Shown here: piece by piece, positions 37,838 to 48,568 of the stretch
How the letters are laid out: each line of letters starts with the position of its first letter
Numbering within the stretch: position 1 is the first letter of the stretch
From: Promethearchaeota archaeon
GTDB taxonomy: Archaea; Asgardarchaeota; Lokiarchaeia; Sigyniarchaeales; SOKP01
Length of the DNA: 64,000 nt
Direction of reading: 5' to 3'
Assembly: GCA_019894975.1 (NCBI GenBank)
Contig: JAGXNO010000001.1
Span: 64,001-128,000, forward strand
Made by a program: the position numbers and the translations under genes
Notes under the pieces: model-generated
Told to the model about the DNA's origin: nothing
What the model saw: the letters and a program-made list of their open reading frames with translations, nothing else
Database searches by the model: none

Positions 37838-38458
37838 TTATCTTCTTTTTCTTAATTTTGGAATTAACATCGGAACAGAATTTTTATAATTTTCAAATTT
37901 TTTACCGAATTCTTTTAATAATTCCTTTTCCTCTTTCCACGATAAAAGATAAACTATTAACATTATTATAGGAGTTGCTAAGATAGAATATAAGGAGGAA
38001 AGTAGAATAGAGATTCCTATATGCGATAAAATTGCTCCGAAATATTGTGGATGTCTAATCCGAGAATAGATTCCATTACTAATAACTTCTTCAGGTCTGT
38101 GTGTTTCCGCTACCTTTAAGGTTGTTTCCTTTACCCCTACAATTCCAAACCAAGCACCAATAAATATAATTGGTATTGATATTATTAGATGCAATACTGA
38201 AATTGAAAAACTGAAAAACAATATGAAATCTAAGCTAGCAGAGATTTTGGGGATGGTAAACTTAGGTTGAGGTGAAATCCATATACCAAAAAGAAATAAA
38301 AAAAACCCCCATCCTGAAATTAATCCAAAAATAGTGGTTAATTTCTTTCCCTTCTGTTGTCCATATCGATCCTGGAGTTTTATGTGTTCTAATGACCAGA
38401 AATAGAAAGGTATAATTGAAATTAATCCAATAACACTTGTCAGGAACATGAAGTACAT
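37838..38458 (-). CDS. Isoprenylcysteine carboxyl methyltransferase (ICMT/PEMT) family protein
   Basis: GIYSRIRHPQY, EEKELLKEFG...Y...VP. Confidence 0.9.
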   Translation of the reverse strand: MYFMFLTSVIGLISIIPFYFWSLEHIKLQDRYGQQKGKKLTTIFGLISGWGFFLFLFGIWISPQPKFTIPKISASLDFILFFSFSISVLHLIISIPIIFIGAWFGIVGVKETTLKVAETHRPEEVISNGIYSRIRHPQYFGAILSHIGISILLSSLYSILATPIIMLIVYLLSWKEEKELLKEFGKKFENYKNSVPMLIPKLRKRR

Positions 38459-38588
38459 GTAAGATTTCCTCTTTGGAAAAAAAAGTTTTGTATATATAAG
38501 GATATTAACTTACGAATACCTATAATTATATTTAAAATCCCTTCATAACTAAATTTAGTGTAATTAAAACTAATAATAGGAGAAAATA

Positions 38589-40499
38589 ATGCATACTATT
38601 TCAGATACAGAACTCTCTCAATTATTGAGAAAATACCAAAAGAAGCAAGTAACTATCGATGACGCTATAAAAAAATTCATACAACCCGGAAATAGAATTT
38701 TTATTGATTCAGGCTGCTCGGAACCTATAGATCTAACTAAAAAGTTGATTGAGCTTGGACTAAAGCTTCCAGATGTAGAAATCTTACATTTTCTTAGCTT
38801 GAGTGATCTTGATTATTATAAAACTGTTGGGGGGATAGAAGATTTATTTAGACATAATGCTTTATTCATTGGAAAATCACTTCGTAAGTATATAAGAGAA
38901 GGTCAGGCAGACTACACACCAATACTACTTTCGGAAATCCCAAGGTTATTTAAATCGGGCAAGATGCATTTGGATACGGCTTTAATTCAAGTGAGTCCCC
39001 CTGATAAATATGGATACTGTAGTTTTGGTATAAATGTAGATATTGTAAAACCAATAGCCGAAGTAGCTAATTGTGTAATTGCTGAGATAAATCCAAAAAT
39101 GCCGCGGACCTGGGGAGATTCTTTTATTCACATGGATGAAATTGATGCCTTTGTTATTTCAAATCACGACTTAATTGAATACAGTTACGGAAAACCTGAT
39201 AAAACAGCAAATGATATTGCGAAATATGTAGCGTCTTTAATAGAAAACGAATCAACAATTCAAATGGGGATAGGAATAATCCCTAACGCTGTTACTGATG
39301 CACTCCATGAAAAAAAGGATTTGGGTGTTCATAGTGAAGTATTTTCGGATGGGATCGTCGATCTTGTTGAACAAGGTGTCATTACATGTAAGAAGAAAAC
39401 AATACATAAAGATAAGATTATATGTTCGTTTGTTATGGGCTCAAAGAGACTATATGATTTTGTAAACGATAATCCTATGGTGGAATTTCACCCAAGCGAT
39501 TATACCAATGATCCCTTTATTATCAGCCAGAACAAAAGGCAGGTTGCAATAAATGCTGCACTTTCAGTAGATCTAACAGGACAAGTGAATTCAGATTCTA
39601 TTGGATATAAATTTTATAGCGGAATTGGGGGACAGGTTGACTTTGTCCGAGGTGCTGCTCGTGCAAAGTATGGTAAACCAATAATGGTAATACCATCAAC
39701 AGCAACATTAAAAGATGGAACAGTTGTTTCTCGGATAGTACCATATCTTCAACCAGGATCGGGAGTAGTAATTACAAGAGGGGATGTACATTATGTTGTT
39801 TCCGAATGGGGTATCGCATATTTATATGGGAAATCTATACGTGAAAGAGTTCTTCAAATGATAAATATTGCGCATCCTGATTTCAGAGAAGAACTTCTAG
39901 AACAGGCAAAAAAATGGAATTATGTGTACTCAGATCAAAAATTACCTGTCTCTATTGATGGTAGAATTTCCATATATCCTCAAAAATATGAGATTATGAT
40001 AACTTTGAAAAATGAGAAAGTAATAAAAATCCGACCAGTGAAACCCACTGATGAGAGAATGATCCAAGAGTTACATTATTCTCTTGACGATAGGGATAGG
40101 TACCGGCGTTTTTTTACTCCTATGAAGGACTTTCGTCATAAGAAAATTGCCCCAATGGTGAATATTGATTATTCTACTGATATGATATTAGTTGCTGTCG
40201 ATAGTGAGAATGGAGAAGAAAAGATTATTGCGATGGGTGGTTTTTTTAAGACAGGTCAACCTTCTTTAGCAGAATTATTATTTGTAGTTCATAAAGATTG
40301 GCGAGGATTAGGATTAACAAGATTCTTATTACCGTTTCTTGTTCAAATTGGACGAGAACTTAATTATAAGAGTTTAGGGGGTTCAATGTTACTTGAAAAC
40401 AAGGCGATGATTCATGTTATTAACACTTCTGGATATGAAATAAAACTCAGAAGAATTGAGAGTGGTGTAACTGAATTTATTTTTGACATTTCAAAATGA
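38589..40499 (+). CDS. Acetyl-CoA hydrolase/CoA-transferase fused to a C-terminal GNAT domain
   Basis: QMGIG, GVHSE, SGIGGQVDF, SEWG; GNAT part IRPVKPTD...VHKDWRGLGL. Confidence 0.9.
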   Translation: MHTISDTELSQLLRKYQKKQVTIDDAIKKFIQPGNRIFIDSGCSEPIDLTKKLIELGLKLPDVEILHFLSLSDLDYYKTVGGIEDLFRHNALFIGKSLRKYIREGQADYTPILLSEIPRLFKSGKMHLDTALIQVSPPDKYGYCSFGINVDIVKPIAEVANCVIAEINPKMPRTWGDSFIHMDEIDAFVISNHDLIEYSYGKPDKTANDIAKYVASLIENESTIQMGIGIIPNAVTDALHEKKDLGVHSEVFSDGIVDLVEQGVITCKKKTIHKDKIICSFVMGSKRLYDFVNDNPMVEFHPSDYTNDPFIISQNKRQVAINAALSVDLTGQVNSDSIGYKFYSGIGGQVDFVRGAARAKYGKPIMVIPSTATLKDGTVVSRIVPYLQPGSGVVITRGDVHYVVSEWGIAYLYGKSIRERVLQMINIAHPDFREELLEQAKKWNYVYSDQKLPVSIDGRISIYPQKYEIMITLKNEKVIKIRPVKPTDERMIQELHYSLDDRDRYRRFFTPMKDFRHKKIAPMVNIDYSTDMILVAVDSENGEEKIIAMGGFFKTGQPSLAELLFVVHKDWRGLGLTRFLLPFLVQIGRELNYKSLGGSMLLENKAMIHVINTSGYEIKLRRIESGVTEFIFDISK

Positions 40500-40550
40500 T
40501 TCCTGTTATATTTTTACTATGAACAATTTATCTCGATAACATTGCGGTGA

Positions 40551-41417
40551 ATTATAATTCTTATCTCAGAATTCCATAACCTATATAATTCTCGCGGTCT
40601 TTCACCAGAGGTAGTTTCACAATTCCGAAGTATAATTTATGGCTATTATAAACAGCAAGGTAGAAATTTTCCCTTTAGAGAAAATATAACTCCTTATAAT
40701 GTTTTAGTGTCAGAAATCATGTTGCAACAAACTCAGACAGGAAGAGTTTCAGAAAAATTTCTTGCCTTCATTGATAAATTCCCAGATTTTCATGCCTTAT
40801 CAAAAGCTTCACTGGAAGAAGTTCTTAAAACATGGCAAGGTTTAGGTTATAATCGAAGAGCAGTAGCATTAAAAAAAATAGCTGAAAATGTAATTACTGA
40901 TTATAATGGTGTTCTACCAGATTCGATCGAAACATTAAAATCTTTTCCACAGATAGGCCATAATACAGCTTCTTCAATCGTTACATTCGCTTTTAATAGA
41001 CCTACTGTTTTTATTGAAACCAATATAAGAAGAGTATATATCTACTTCTTTTTTCCTGGTAAAATTAGTATAGTCGATAAAACGATCGTTCCAATTTTAG
41101 AGAAAACTATGGATAGCGAAAACCCTCGAAACTGGTATTATGCTTTAATGGATTATGGTGTGATGTTAAAAAAAACCTTTCCTGATTTAAACAAACGAAG
41201 TGCTCACTATCGGAAACAAGCACCCTTTAAAGGTTCTAATCGAGAAATAAGAGGTAAAATATTGAAAATTCTTATAAATAATAAGAATATGAAAAAAAGT
41301 GATCTTCTGAAAGAATTAAAAGATATTAGCCCTGAAAAGCTAACACAGATCCTTAATCGATTAGAGAAAGAGAGTTTCATTAAAAACGAGAGAGGTAACA
41401 TTCAGATTGTTAAGTAA
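40551..41417 (+). CDS. HhH-GPD DNA glycosylase, MutY-like, without the Fe-S motif (start extended upstream)
   Basis: In-frame upstream GRNFPFRE...PYNVLVSEIMLQQTQ, WQGLGYNRRA, HhH FPQIG, ETNIRRV. Confidence 0.88.
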   Translation: MIILISEFHNLYNSRGLSPEVVSQFRSIIYGYYKQQGRNFPFRENITPYNVLVSEIMLQQTQTGRVSEKFLAFIDKFPDFHALSKASLEEVLKTWQGLGYNRRAVALKKIAENVITDYNGVLPDSIETLKSFPQIGHNTASSIVTFAFNRPTVFIETNIRRVYIYFFFPGKISIVDKTIVPILEKTMDSENPRNWYYALMDYGVMLKKTFPDLNKRSAHYRKQAPFKGSNREIRGKILKILINNKNMKKSDLLKELKDISPEKLTQILNRLEKESFIKNERGNIQIVK

Positions 41418-41428
41418 AATACGAATTA

Positions 41429-42706
41429 TTATAAATTTCTAAGATATTTTGAAATCTTACTTGCCAATTTCTCTTGATTATCCCAGTTCCCAAATGCTTG
41501 ACCTTTAGCAATTAAATTCTGTATTTCTTTTTTATACATTTTATTCACTCTCATTCCGGGTTCTTTGGAAAACGGTGTTTGAGGTAAGGGTATAAAAGAA
41601 TGAGCATGAATTCTAGCACCTTTTTTCGACAAATTTTTCATCAATTCAATCGTAGATTTAATATCTTTAATATTTTCTCCTGGTAGTCCAAATATAAAAT
41701 CAACATTAATTTTGAGGTTATTTTTTAATGTTAAATCCACAGCCCTATAGATCTCATCCACGCTATGTCCTCTGTGACATAAGTCTAAGACTTTTTGACT
41801 CCCCGATTGCGCTCCCACTGTAATATTATCATTATCACCATATTTTAGTACTAAATTTAATGTATCTTGAGTAATGTGTTCAGGTCTTACTTCCGATGGA
41901 AAAGTCCCTACAAACATCCTTCCTTTTTCCCCAATTATTTCTCTAACATTAAACAGCATATCTTCAAATTTCTCTAAGTTTAATGATTTTCCATCTTCGG
42001 ATCCATAACTGAACGCATTAGGGGATATAAATCTTATGTCAGTAAGATCTCCATAATGATCTGTTAATATCTGTACATATTTACATATAGATTCAATACT
42101 TCTATGTCTCGGGGTCGTTCCTGAAATATAGGGTGTTTGACAAAAATAGCACACGTAAGGGCATCCCCTTGTTATTTCTATTGCCCCAAAACGAGTGTTT
42201 CTTATAGGAAAGGGTGGAAAGTCACTTAAATCGATTGGAGCTCGTCTTCCAGTATAAATATATTTACCATCTTCATTGTAATAAGCAATTCCTTTTACGT
42301 CACCAATTTCTTTATCAGCTACGACCTTATTCATTAGTTCTATTATGGTCTGCTCTCCTTCACCAACTACAACTATATCAATTCCCATTTTTAAAGTTCC
42401 TGACGGGTCTCCTGTCGGATGAGATCCTCCCGCAATAATCAGAGATCTTTCATGAAATTTCCGGTGTAGTGATTCAACTAATTCTGAAATCTCAAAGAGT
42501 TGAATAGTTGTAAAAGAAATAGCAATAATCACTTTGCTATAAGAATTAACCAACTCTTTGAGAGAATCAATAAGGTTATCCCTCGAAGTTAAGAAAAAAA
42601 TGTCTAAACTTTCAAAAACCTCTTCTACCTCAAGTGCTCCTGCGATTGAGTTCAAGCTATAAAAATTATCTCTATGATAATATACTACAAATGCGACTTT
42701 TTTCAA
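41429..42706 (-). CDS. B12-binding domain radical SAM protein
   Basis: GGSHPT, GEGE, RGCPYVCYFC (CxxxCxxC). Confidence 0.93.
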   Translation of the reverse strand: MKKVAFVVYYHRDNFYSLNSIAGALEVEEVFESLDIFFLTSRDNLIDSLKELVNSYSKVIIAISFTTIQLFEISELVESLHRKFHERSLIIAGGSHPTGDPSGTLKMGIDIVVVGEGEQTIIELMNKVVADKEIGDVKGIAYYNEDGKYIYTGRRAPIDLSDFPPFPIRNTRFGAIEITRGCPYVCYFCQTPYISGTTPRHRSIESICKYVQILTDHYGDLTDIRFISPNAFSYGSEDGKSLNLEKFEDMLFNVREIIGEKGRMFVGTFPSEVRPEHITQDTLNLVLKYGDNDNITVGAQSGSQKVLDLCHRGHSVDEIYRAVDLTLKNNLKINVDFIFGLPGENIKDIKSTIELMKNLSKKGARIHAHSFIPLPQTPFSKEPGMRVNKMYKKEIQNLIAKGQAFGNWDNQEKLASKISKYLRNL

Positions 42707-42794
42707 GAAAAAACTACCTAAAATAATATACAGTCAATTTATTATTATCTTAAAATTATTGTTAAAATTAAAATACTGAGAAAGAGGGATAATA

Positions 42795-43262
42795 TTGTTA
42801 TTGAATGAATTTTTTGCCACAGACATATCTGAAGTTGGTATTGCATGGTTTGATTTTTATTCTATTGGTCATATCTGCTTTGGAATTAGTCTTTTTCTCT
42901 TCTTTTCTTTGTTTTATACTCTTCCAAAACGAAAATACAGTACGACGCCAATTTTCTCATTACTCTTTGTGTTTATCCTTACGATTGTAAGTTCGATATT
43001 ATGGGAAATCGTTGAAAACCTTGTATTTCTAGATTTAGGGTGGAAGTTTGAGGATCGTCTTGATAGTTGGCAAAATATGACTACGGATGTTTTATTATGC
43101 GGAATTGGGGGTTTAGGTACTTGGTTGTTTGCCTATATAACATTTGAAAAAGATAAAAACTCTTTTGCGTATTACACTTTTGGACTAATAAGTCTGGGGG
43201 TTTGGCTAGGCGTTTTCATAATACTTAGATACCTAACGTTTCAAAATTCTCCTATGATTTAA
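42795..43262 (+). CDS. Membrane protein with D-x-x-S-x-x-H / WE-x-x-EN motifs (putative metal-dependent)
   Basis: DFYSIGH, WEIVEN, DSWQNMTTD; 4 TM. Confidence 0.7.
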   Translation: MLLNEFFATDISEVGIAWFDFYSIGHICFGISLFLFFSLFYTLPKRKYSTTPIFSLLFVFILTIVSSILWEIVENLVFLDLGWKFEDRLDSWQNMTTDVLLCGIGGLGTWLFAYITFEKDKNSFAYYTFGLISLGVWLGVFIILRYLTFQNSPMI

Positions 43263-43323
43263 TTATAGCTTTTTATTCATTTTTTTTAAAGAGAGATTAA
43301 GGATTTTTAAGAAAGGGAATAAC

Positions 43324-43941
43324 TTAATTATTTAAAACTAAAAGTGTGTCTACAATTCGGTTTATATATTTGCTTTTCTGAATTTTGCAAATACGCGCTA
43401 CTTTCCTATAATTGAAAGATTCCGCCAATGTATCAAGATAAGAAAGATTATATAGAATTGAGACGTTGCCATCATTTCTCATGAAAAGCATATCTAATTT
43501 TTGTTGTATTTTATTGTTGTTACCTTTCTTCTTTTTCTTTACTCTCCTATTAATCTCAGTGAGAGCATTGTTGAAGTTAATATCCCTAATACTTGAGATA
43601 AGAGAATTTAACACTAAGGCATATAACACAACAGTATCGATATTTTTTGTATCTTTTAAATTATGGAATTTTAATTGTAAATCTTGGTAAATTTCATTAA
43701 TATTATTCTCATCTACTCCCTTAATTCTTTTGAAAAGGTTAAGGAATTGTAAGTATTCACCCTCGAGAAACAATTGAATATTAGAATTAAATAGATCTTT
43801 GAACTTTCTTATAATCTGCCCTGAATTGCTAATTTTTACTGAAACTTCAGGTGTTCTGCCGATAATTATATCAAAACCGTCTTTATAGAACTGTTGGTTT
43901 ATTAAATTGTTAGTTGCATCGTATAATTGTTCTAAAATCAT
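43324..43941 (-). CDS. Hypothetical protein
   Basis: 205-aa ORF. Confidence 0.7.
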   Translation of the reverse strand: MILEQLYDATNNLINQQFYKDGFDIIIGRTPEVSVKISNSGQIIRKFKDLFNSNIQLFLEGEYLQFLNLFKRIKGVDENNINEIYQDLQLKFHNLKDTKNIDTVVLYALVLNSLISSIRDINFNNALTEINRRVKKKKKGNNNKIQQKLDMLFMRNDGNVSILYNLSYLDTLAESFNYRKVARICKIQKSKYINRIVDTLLVLNN

Positions 43942-44362
43942 TCCAATCCTATAAGACCGATAATTAAAATTTTATGTCTGCTTTTAATACATCTAATAAA
44001 AATTTGATGATTTAACTTCTTGTATTTTTATTAAATTCTTTTCTCCTAATATTATTAAGGCGGAATAATATAGGTATAATATATTAATTGCTCTCGATTT
44101 AACTATTCTTCCTAAATACTACTCATAACTACAAATTCTAATGGATAGAAGAGATTTCGAAGGAATATTTCAAGATAATGCTTAATTTACTCATTTGAAT
44201 GTTTATCGATATTTTTTTTTAAGATATCGTCTAACTTGTTCTATTAAACCTAAAAAAAGAAATAAAACCTTTTTATTACTTACTTACTTATTATAACTTG
44301 CAATTTTAATTAATTGAACTCTAATTAATGTTCTAAATAACTAATAAAGTTAAAAAAGAAGG

Positions 44363-44809
44363 TTGAAAATTAAAATGGTTGACGAATCATTATTAAAGGA
44401 TTTAAAAGCAGCCCAGGATGCTGGGGCTTCTGGCGCTTCAGTTGACGATATGATGAAGGTTTTTGCTTTTATTAAGCAGGTCTCCACCGAAAATGAAGAT
44501 TTGAAGGAGGAGCTCGAGGATATGGACATTGCTATTCAGATGGTTATTACAGACGCAGATAAGAAGTTCTGGCTCTCAGTAAAGGAGGGAGACTTAGATT
44601 TCGGAGATGGAGAAGTAGAGAATCCTTCATTCACAATGTCCTCAAATCTGGAAGTTGGTGCCGGTATCTTAATGGGCGAAGTAGATGCTACTTCTGCTTA
44701 CATGGCAGGCGACATTACAGTAGAGGGTAATCTTCAGGATGCTATGGCATTTCAAGAGATTATCGAGCTTGCTCTCGAAGCTTACGAAGACCTTATTGAA
44801 GATCTGTAG
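44363..44809 (+). CDS. SCP2 sterol-carrier domain protein
   Basis: ILMGEVDATSAYMAGDITVEGN motif; very acidic; visibly GC3-rich codons. Confidence 0.92.
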   Translation: MKIKMVDESLLKDLKAAQDAGASGASVDDMMKVFAFIKQVSTENEDLKEELEDMDIAIQMVITDADKKFWLSVKEGDLDFGDGEVENPSFTMSSNLEVGAGILMGEVDATSAYMAGDITVEGNLQDAMAFQEIIELALEAYEDLIEDL

Positions 44810-45012
44810 ATTTCAAGCAAAGAGAAAAAGCAACGTAGTAATTTTTTTCTTTTTTTTAAATATTCTTAAACTCTATTTTTTTAGTATAAAATCAAGCGAA
44901 TCTTAATTATTTGTGCTCAATATTACAAATGTTCTTAATTAATTTAAAGAGAAGATTCTTATTTTCTCATTAATTTTGCAAAACAAATTTAAGTAAAAAG
45001 TGAAAAAATTTC

Positions 45013-46308
45013 ATGAGTAATGATATATATATTATCGGCGTAGGAATGATTAGATTTGCTAAACTTCCAGGCAGGACTATGAAAAGTATGACTGGTGAAT
45101 CTGTTGAAAACGCTCTAAAGGATTGTGGATTAAGTAAAGGAGATTTAGATGCGGCTTGGTTTAGTAATTCTGGATGGGGTCAATCTGAATATCAACATTG
45201 TATTCGAGGTCAAGTAGCACTAAGTACACACGGTATTGATAAAATACCCATTACTAATGTAGAAAATGCTTGTGCCGGAGGGAGTTCTGCTTTCCATAAT
45301 GCTTGGATGTCAGTTAAATCTGGAGTATATGATGTTGCATTGGCAGTCGGAGCAGAAAAAATGTATTTCGATAAACCCCCGGTGGTAACTTCTGGAGGGA
45401 TAAAAGGAATGGGAGCAATGTCTGGATTTATCTCTGGAACTGATGTTGAGGATACACTTAAAATGATGGGCCAATTAAAAAAACAGATCGAAGAAGGAAA
45501 CAAACAAGCCCTTAAAGAAAAGGAAACGAATGAGAAAGAAGGCGGAGAGAAGCCTAAAAAGAAAGATCATTCAATCTTTATGGATTTTTATGCTATGGGG
45601 GCTCGTGCTCATATGAAGCAATATGGAACTACCCAGCGCCAAATTGCGGCGATTGCGGCAAAAAATCACAACAACTCAACAATGAATCCTTTAGCGCAGT
45701 ATACATTTCCTCAGACAATAGAACAGGTCATGAATGATTATGTGGTAGCTTATCCTTTAACCAGAGCTATGTGTGCTCCAACAGGAGATGGTTCAGCAGC
45801 TGCGATAGTTTGTTCTGAAAAATATTTAAATGATAATCCAAGCCTTAAAGATAGAGCAATATTAGTACGCGCTTCAGTTTTAAGGTCTGGCTCCCGACAA
45901 CCATTTAATGAAATCAAAGTAGCTTCTGATATAGCGTATAAACAAGCTGGTGTTGGTCCAGAAGATATTGATGTCTCAGAAGTTCATGACGCTACAGCAT
46001 ATGCAGAGCTTCATGTAACGGAAGGCTTAGGTTTCTGTCCCGTTGGTCAAGGTGGTCCGTTTGCAGAAAGTGGGGCTACACAAATCGATGGAAAAGTAGC
46101 TGTTAATCCTAGTGGGGGTTTATTAGCTCGTGGGCATCCTATAGGTGCTTCTGGTATAGCACAAATGTATGAGCTTATAACACAATTACGTGGAGAAGCT
46201 GGTGAAAGACAAGTTAAAGACGCTAAAATAGCTCTAGCTCATAATGGTGGAGGAAACTTAGGTCCTGGATCAGCAGCATTATGTATCCATATTTTTGGGA
46301 ATGCCTAA
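45013..46308 (+). CDS. SCP2-type thiolase family protein
   Basis: VENACAGGS, EVHDA, NPSGGLLARGHPIGASG, HNGGG. Confidence 0.92.
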   Translation: MSNDIYIIGVGMIRFAKLPGRTMKSMTGESVENALKDCGLSKGDLDAAWFSNSGWGQSEYQHCIRGQVALSTHGIDKIPITNVENACAGGSSAFHNAWMSVKSGVYDVALAVGAEKMYFDKPPVVTSGGIKGMGAMSGFISGTDVEDTLKMMGQLKKQIEEGNKQALKEKETNEKEGGEKPKKKDHSIFMDFYAMGARAHMKQYGTTQRQIAAIAAKNHNNSTMNPLAQYTFPQTIEQVMNDYVVAYPLTRAMCAPTGDGSAAAIVCSEKYLNDNPSLKDRAILVRASVLRSGSRQPFNEIKVASDIAYKQAGVGPEDIDVSEVHDATAYAELHVTEGLGFCPVGQGGPFAESGATQIDGKVAVNPSGGLLARGHPIGASGIAQMYELITQLRGEAGERQVKDAKIALAHNGGGNLGPGSAALCIHIFGNA

Positions 46309-46408
46309 AATTTTTTTTAATTTCCTTATTTATTCTCAAATATTAAAACTATTCTCAAAATCAATAAGGATTTGAGTTAAATTAATTAAATAGAAATAGA
46401 GAGTAAAT

Positions 46409-46549
46409 TTACATAAAAGCCTTAGCTTGTTTCTTCAATTTAATCATTTCTAAATCTTTAAAGTATTGTGGATTCAATTGAAGAGTTTGTTTAAGTTCTT
46501 CTACCTTTCGCTTACTTCTTTCTGGTCTAAATATATTGAATAATGACAT
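46409..46549 (-). CDS. Small basic protein (46 aa, not in ORF track)
   Basis: MSLFNIFRPERSKRKVEELKQTLQLNPQYFKDLEMIKLKKQAKAFM; GTGA upstream. Confidence 0.5.
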   Translation of the reverse strand: MSLFNIFRPERSKRKVEELKQTLQLNPQYFKDLEMIKLKKQAKAFM

Positions 46550-46767
46550 TTTACTTATCACATTTTTATGTTTCTTTGTTACTATTCATAAACAATAACA
46601 CCTATTTCAATGCACTCTATAATAAATTTAAGGTATCCTCTAGATCTTCTAGATTTCTTGTCTTAGAATTCTAAGACTTCCAAGCTTTTCCGTGATGTTT
46701 AAATATATACATTTTTTTCATTAAACTTTTAGATAAAAAATTTAAGGAAATAAGATAATTATTAATT

Positions 46768-47658
46768 ATGGAGCTTTTATACAGAAAACTACAGAACTTA
46801 GGTGGATCTTTATATGTTAACTTACCTAAAGTATGGATCAATAAGTATGAATTGAAAGAAAAATCAACGGTAGCACTTGAAATTCGAAACGACGGTACAA
46901 TATTAATAAAACCCAAAATGGAGCAACAAGAGAAACTAATACAAGATGAAGTCATATTAGAAGCAGACGAATATGTTATTTGGGATCTGCTAAAGAAAAG
47001 TTTGGCAGGAGAAAGAAATATAACAATTATTTCAGAAAGAGAAATAAATAAAGGTTTAAGAAAACTCATAAGGAGATATGTTAACCGTCTACCGAATACA
47101 GAGATCATTGAAGAAACTGACCAAAAAATTGTTGTTCAAAATTTCGGATTTCAAGAAATCCCCACTAAAAAGTTAATCCAACGGTTGTTATATTTAGTAG
47201 CGAACATGTTTGAAGATCTAAAAAACAAATCATTCGAAGATTTAAATGAAAATTTTGAGCAATTAAGAAAATTTTACTTTATCTTAGTCATTCATATTAG
47301 AACTTATCTTCGAACAGGAATATATATTTCATCCAGTAGCGAGTTTACTCCTCTAGAGGCAATGGATTTTCGCATGTTCTGTGAAAAAATTGAAGAAATA
47401 GGCGAGATCTTGAAGGGACTTCGATTAAATGAGAATGTATTAGATTTTTATAATGAAATACAGCAATACTTTAATGAAATGATGGATGCTTTTTTGAAAA
47501 AAAAAGATAAGTTAGCGTTTATCGTGTGGGTAAAAAAGGATCTTCTCTTCAACAAAGCAAATGAAATTTTAAGCGATTTAAATTATGAAGACAAGGAAAT
47601 AATTAAAAAAATCATGCGTATCGCACAAGATATAAAAGATATGGCAGCCTTGATCTGA
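46768..47658 (+). CDS. phoU: AbrB-domain PhoU-like phosphate uptake regulator
   Basis: RKLQNLGGSLYVNLPKVW AbrB domain followed by PhoU-like helical repeats. Confidence 0.82.
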   Translation: MELLYRKLQNLGGSLYVNLPKVWINKYELKEKSTVALEIRNDGTILIKPKMEQQEKLIQDEVILEADEYVIWDLLKKSLAGERNITIISEREINKGLRKLIRRYVNRLPNTEIIEETDQKIVVQNFGFQEIPTKKLIQRLLYLVANMFEDLKNKSFEDLNENFEQLRKFYFILVIHIRTYLRTGIYISSSSEFTPLEAMDFRMFCEKIEEIGEILKGLRLNENVLDFYNEIQQYFNEMMDAFLKKKDKLAFIVWVKKDLLFNKANEILSDLNYEDKEIIKKIMRIAQDIKDMAALI

Positions 47659-47669
47659 ATCCATTAATT

Positions 47670-48448
47670 CTAATTTAGATTTAGAGGATATTTTCGATAT
47701 TTCTCAATAGCCGCTCGTAATGCCAAAATATTTTCCCATGGTGCACTAAGAACGTTATGACTTGGACCGAGGAAATATCCCCCTCCCCGCGCTGCAGCCC
47801 TAATACATCTTTTTACTTCTTCCTCAACATCCTTAGCAGTTCCAAAGTTGAGTATATTTGATCAAACAACGCTTCATGTAAACCAATAGGTATTGTAGCC
47901 ATTGGATATAAATACTTAGATAGCTTTCCCACAAAATTTTCCCAAACCTGAGGAGAATAATTAAGTTTATTATTAATATGGTCAAAAGGTTTACCGAATT
48001 TATCCCAATATTCATGAACAATTTCTGGTGTCCTGAAATATCCATCTTGATACCACAAATACATCAATCCCGTTCCAACTTGAGGGGTAGGTCTGAATAT
48101 TCTTCCATCGCTAGTTAAAATAATGCTCTCAGGGTATTCAAGAGGAGCTTTTGTATAATTTAATTTAAATGCCTTAATACCCCAGGGATCTATGTTATGA
48201 ATGTCTGAATTCCAGAAAGATAATTCGGTTATACTTTTTGTAATTCCCAAACTTACATTGAACTTCATTTTTAGGACATCAGTTTCTATCCCTGCTCTAA
48301 TTTTCTTATATTCCTCTGAATTCTTAAAATATTGATTTGAGATCCCCGTAACTTCAAATCCTAGATAATGAATAGGGATCTTATCAGGTTCTTCAAGTTC
48401 TAAGGTTCTAATAACCCTTTCTCGTTTTGATAGTACCATACTAAACAT
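47670..48448 (-). pseudogene. Uroporphyrinogen decarboxylase/MtaA-family gene with internal deletion and frameshift
   Basis: N-terminus SKRERV...EPDKIP; the C-terminus FGTAKDVEEEVKRCIRAAARGGGYFLGPSHNV...WENI lies in another frame after about 47860; the central barrel is missing. Confidence 0.8.
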
Positions 48449-48568
48449 TTGTTTTAAGCATTTAAATAAATTTTTAATATGTGGATGCTCTCTCTTAAGC
48501 TAAGAATGGATGATATATATTGAATATAGCAAATTTATATATATGCAGATTTGTTAGTTTAACTTATT

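Noticed and set aside
43993-44210. Protein-like minus-strand frame with several stops
   Set aside because: It could be a decayed gene, but no family is recognisable and it cannot be distinguished from AT-rich intergenic DNA
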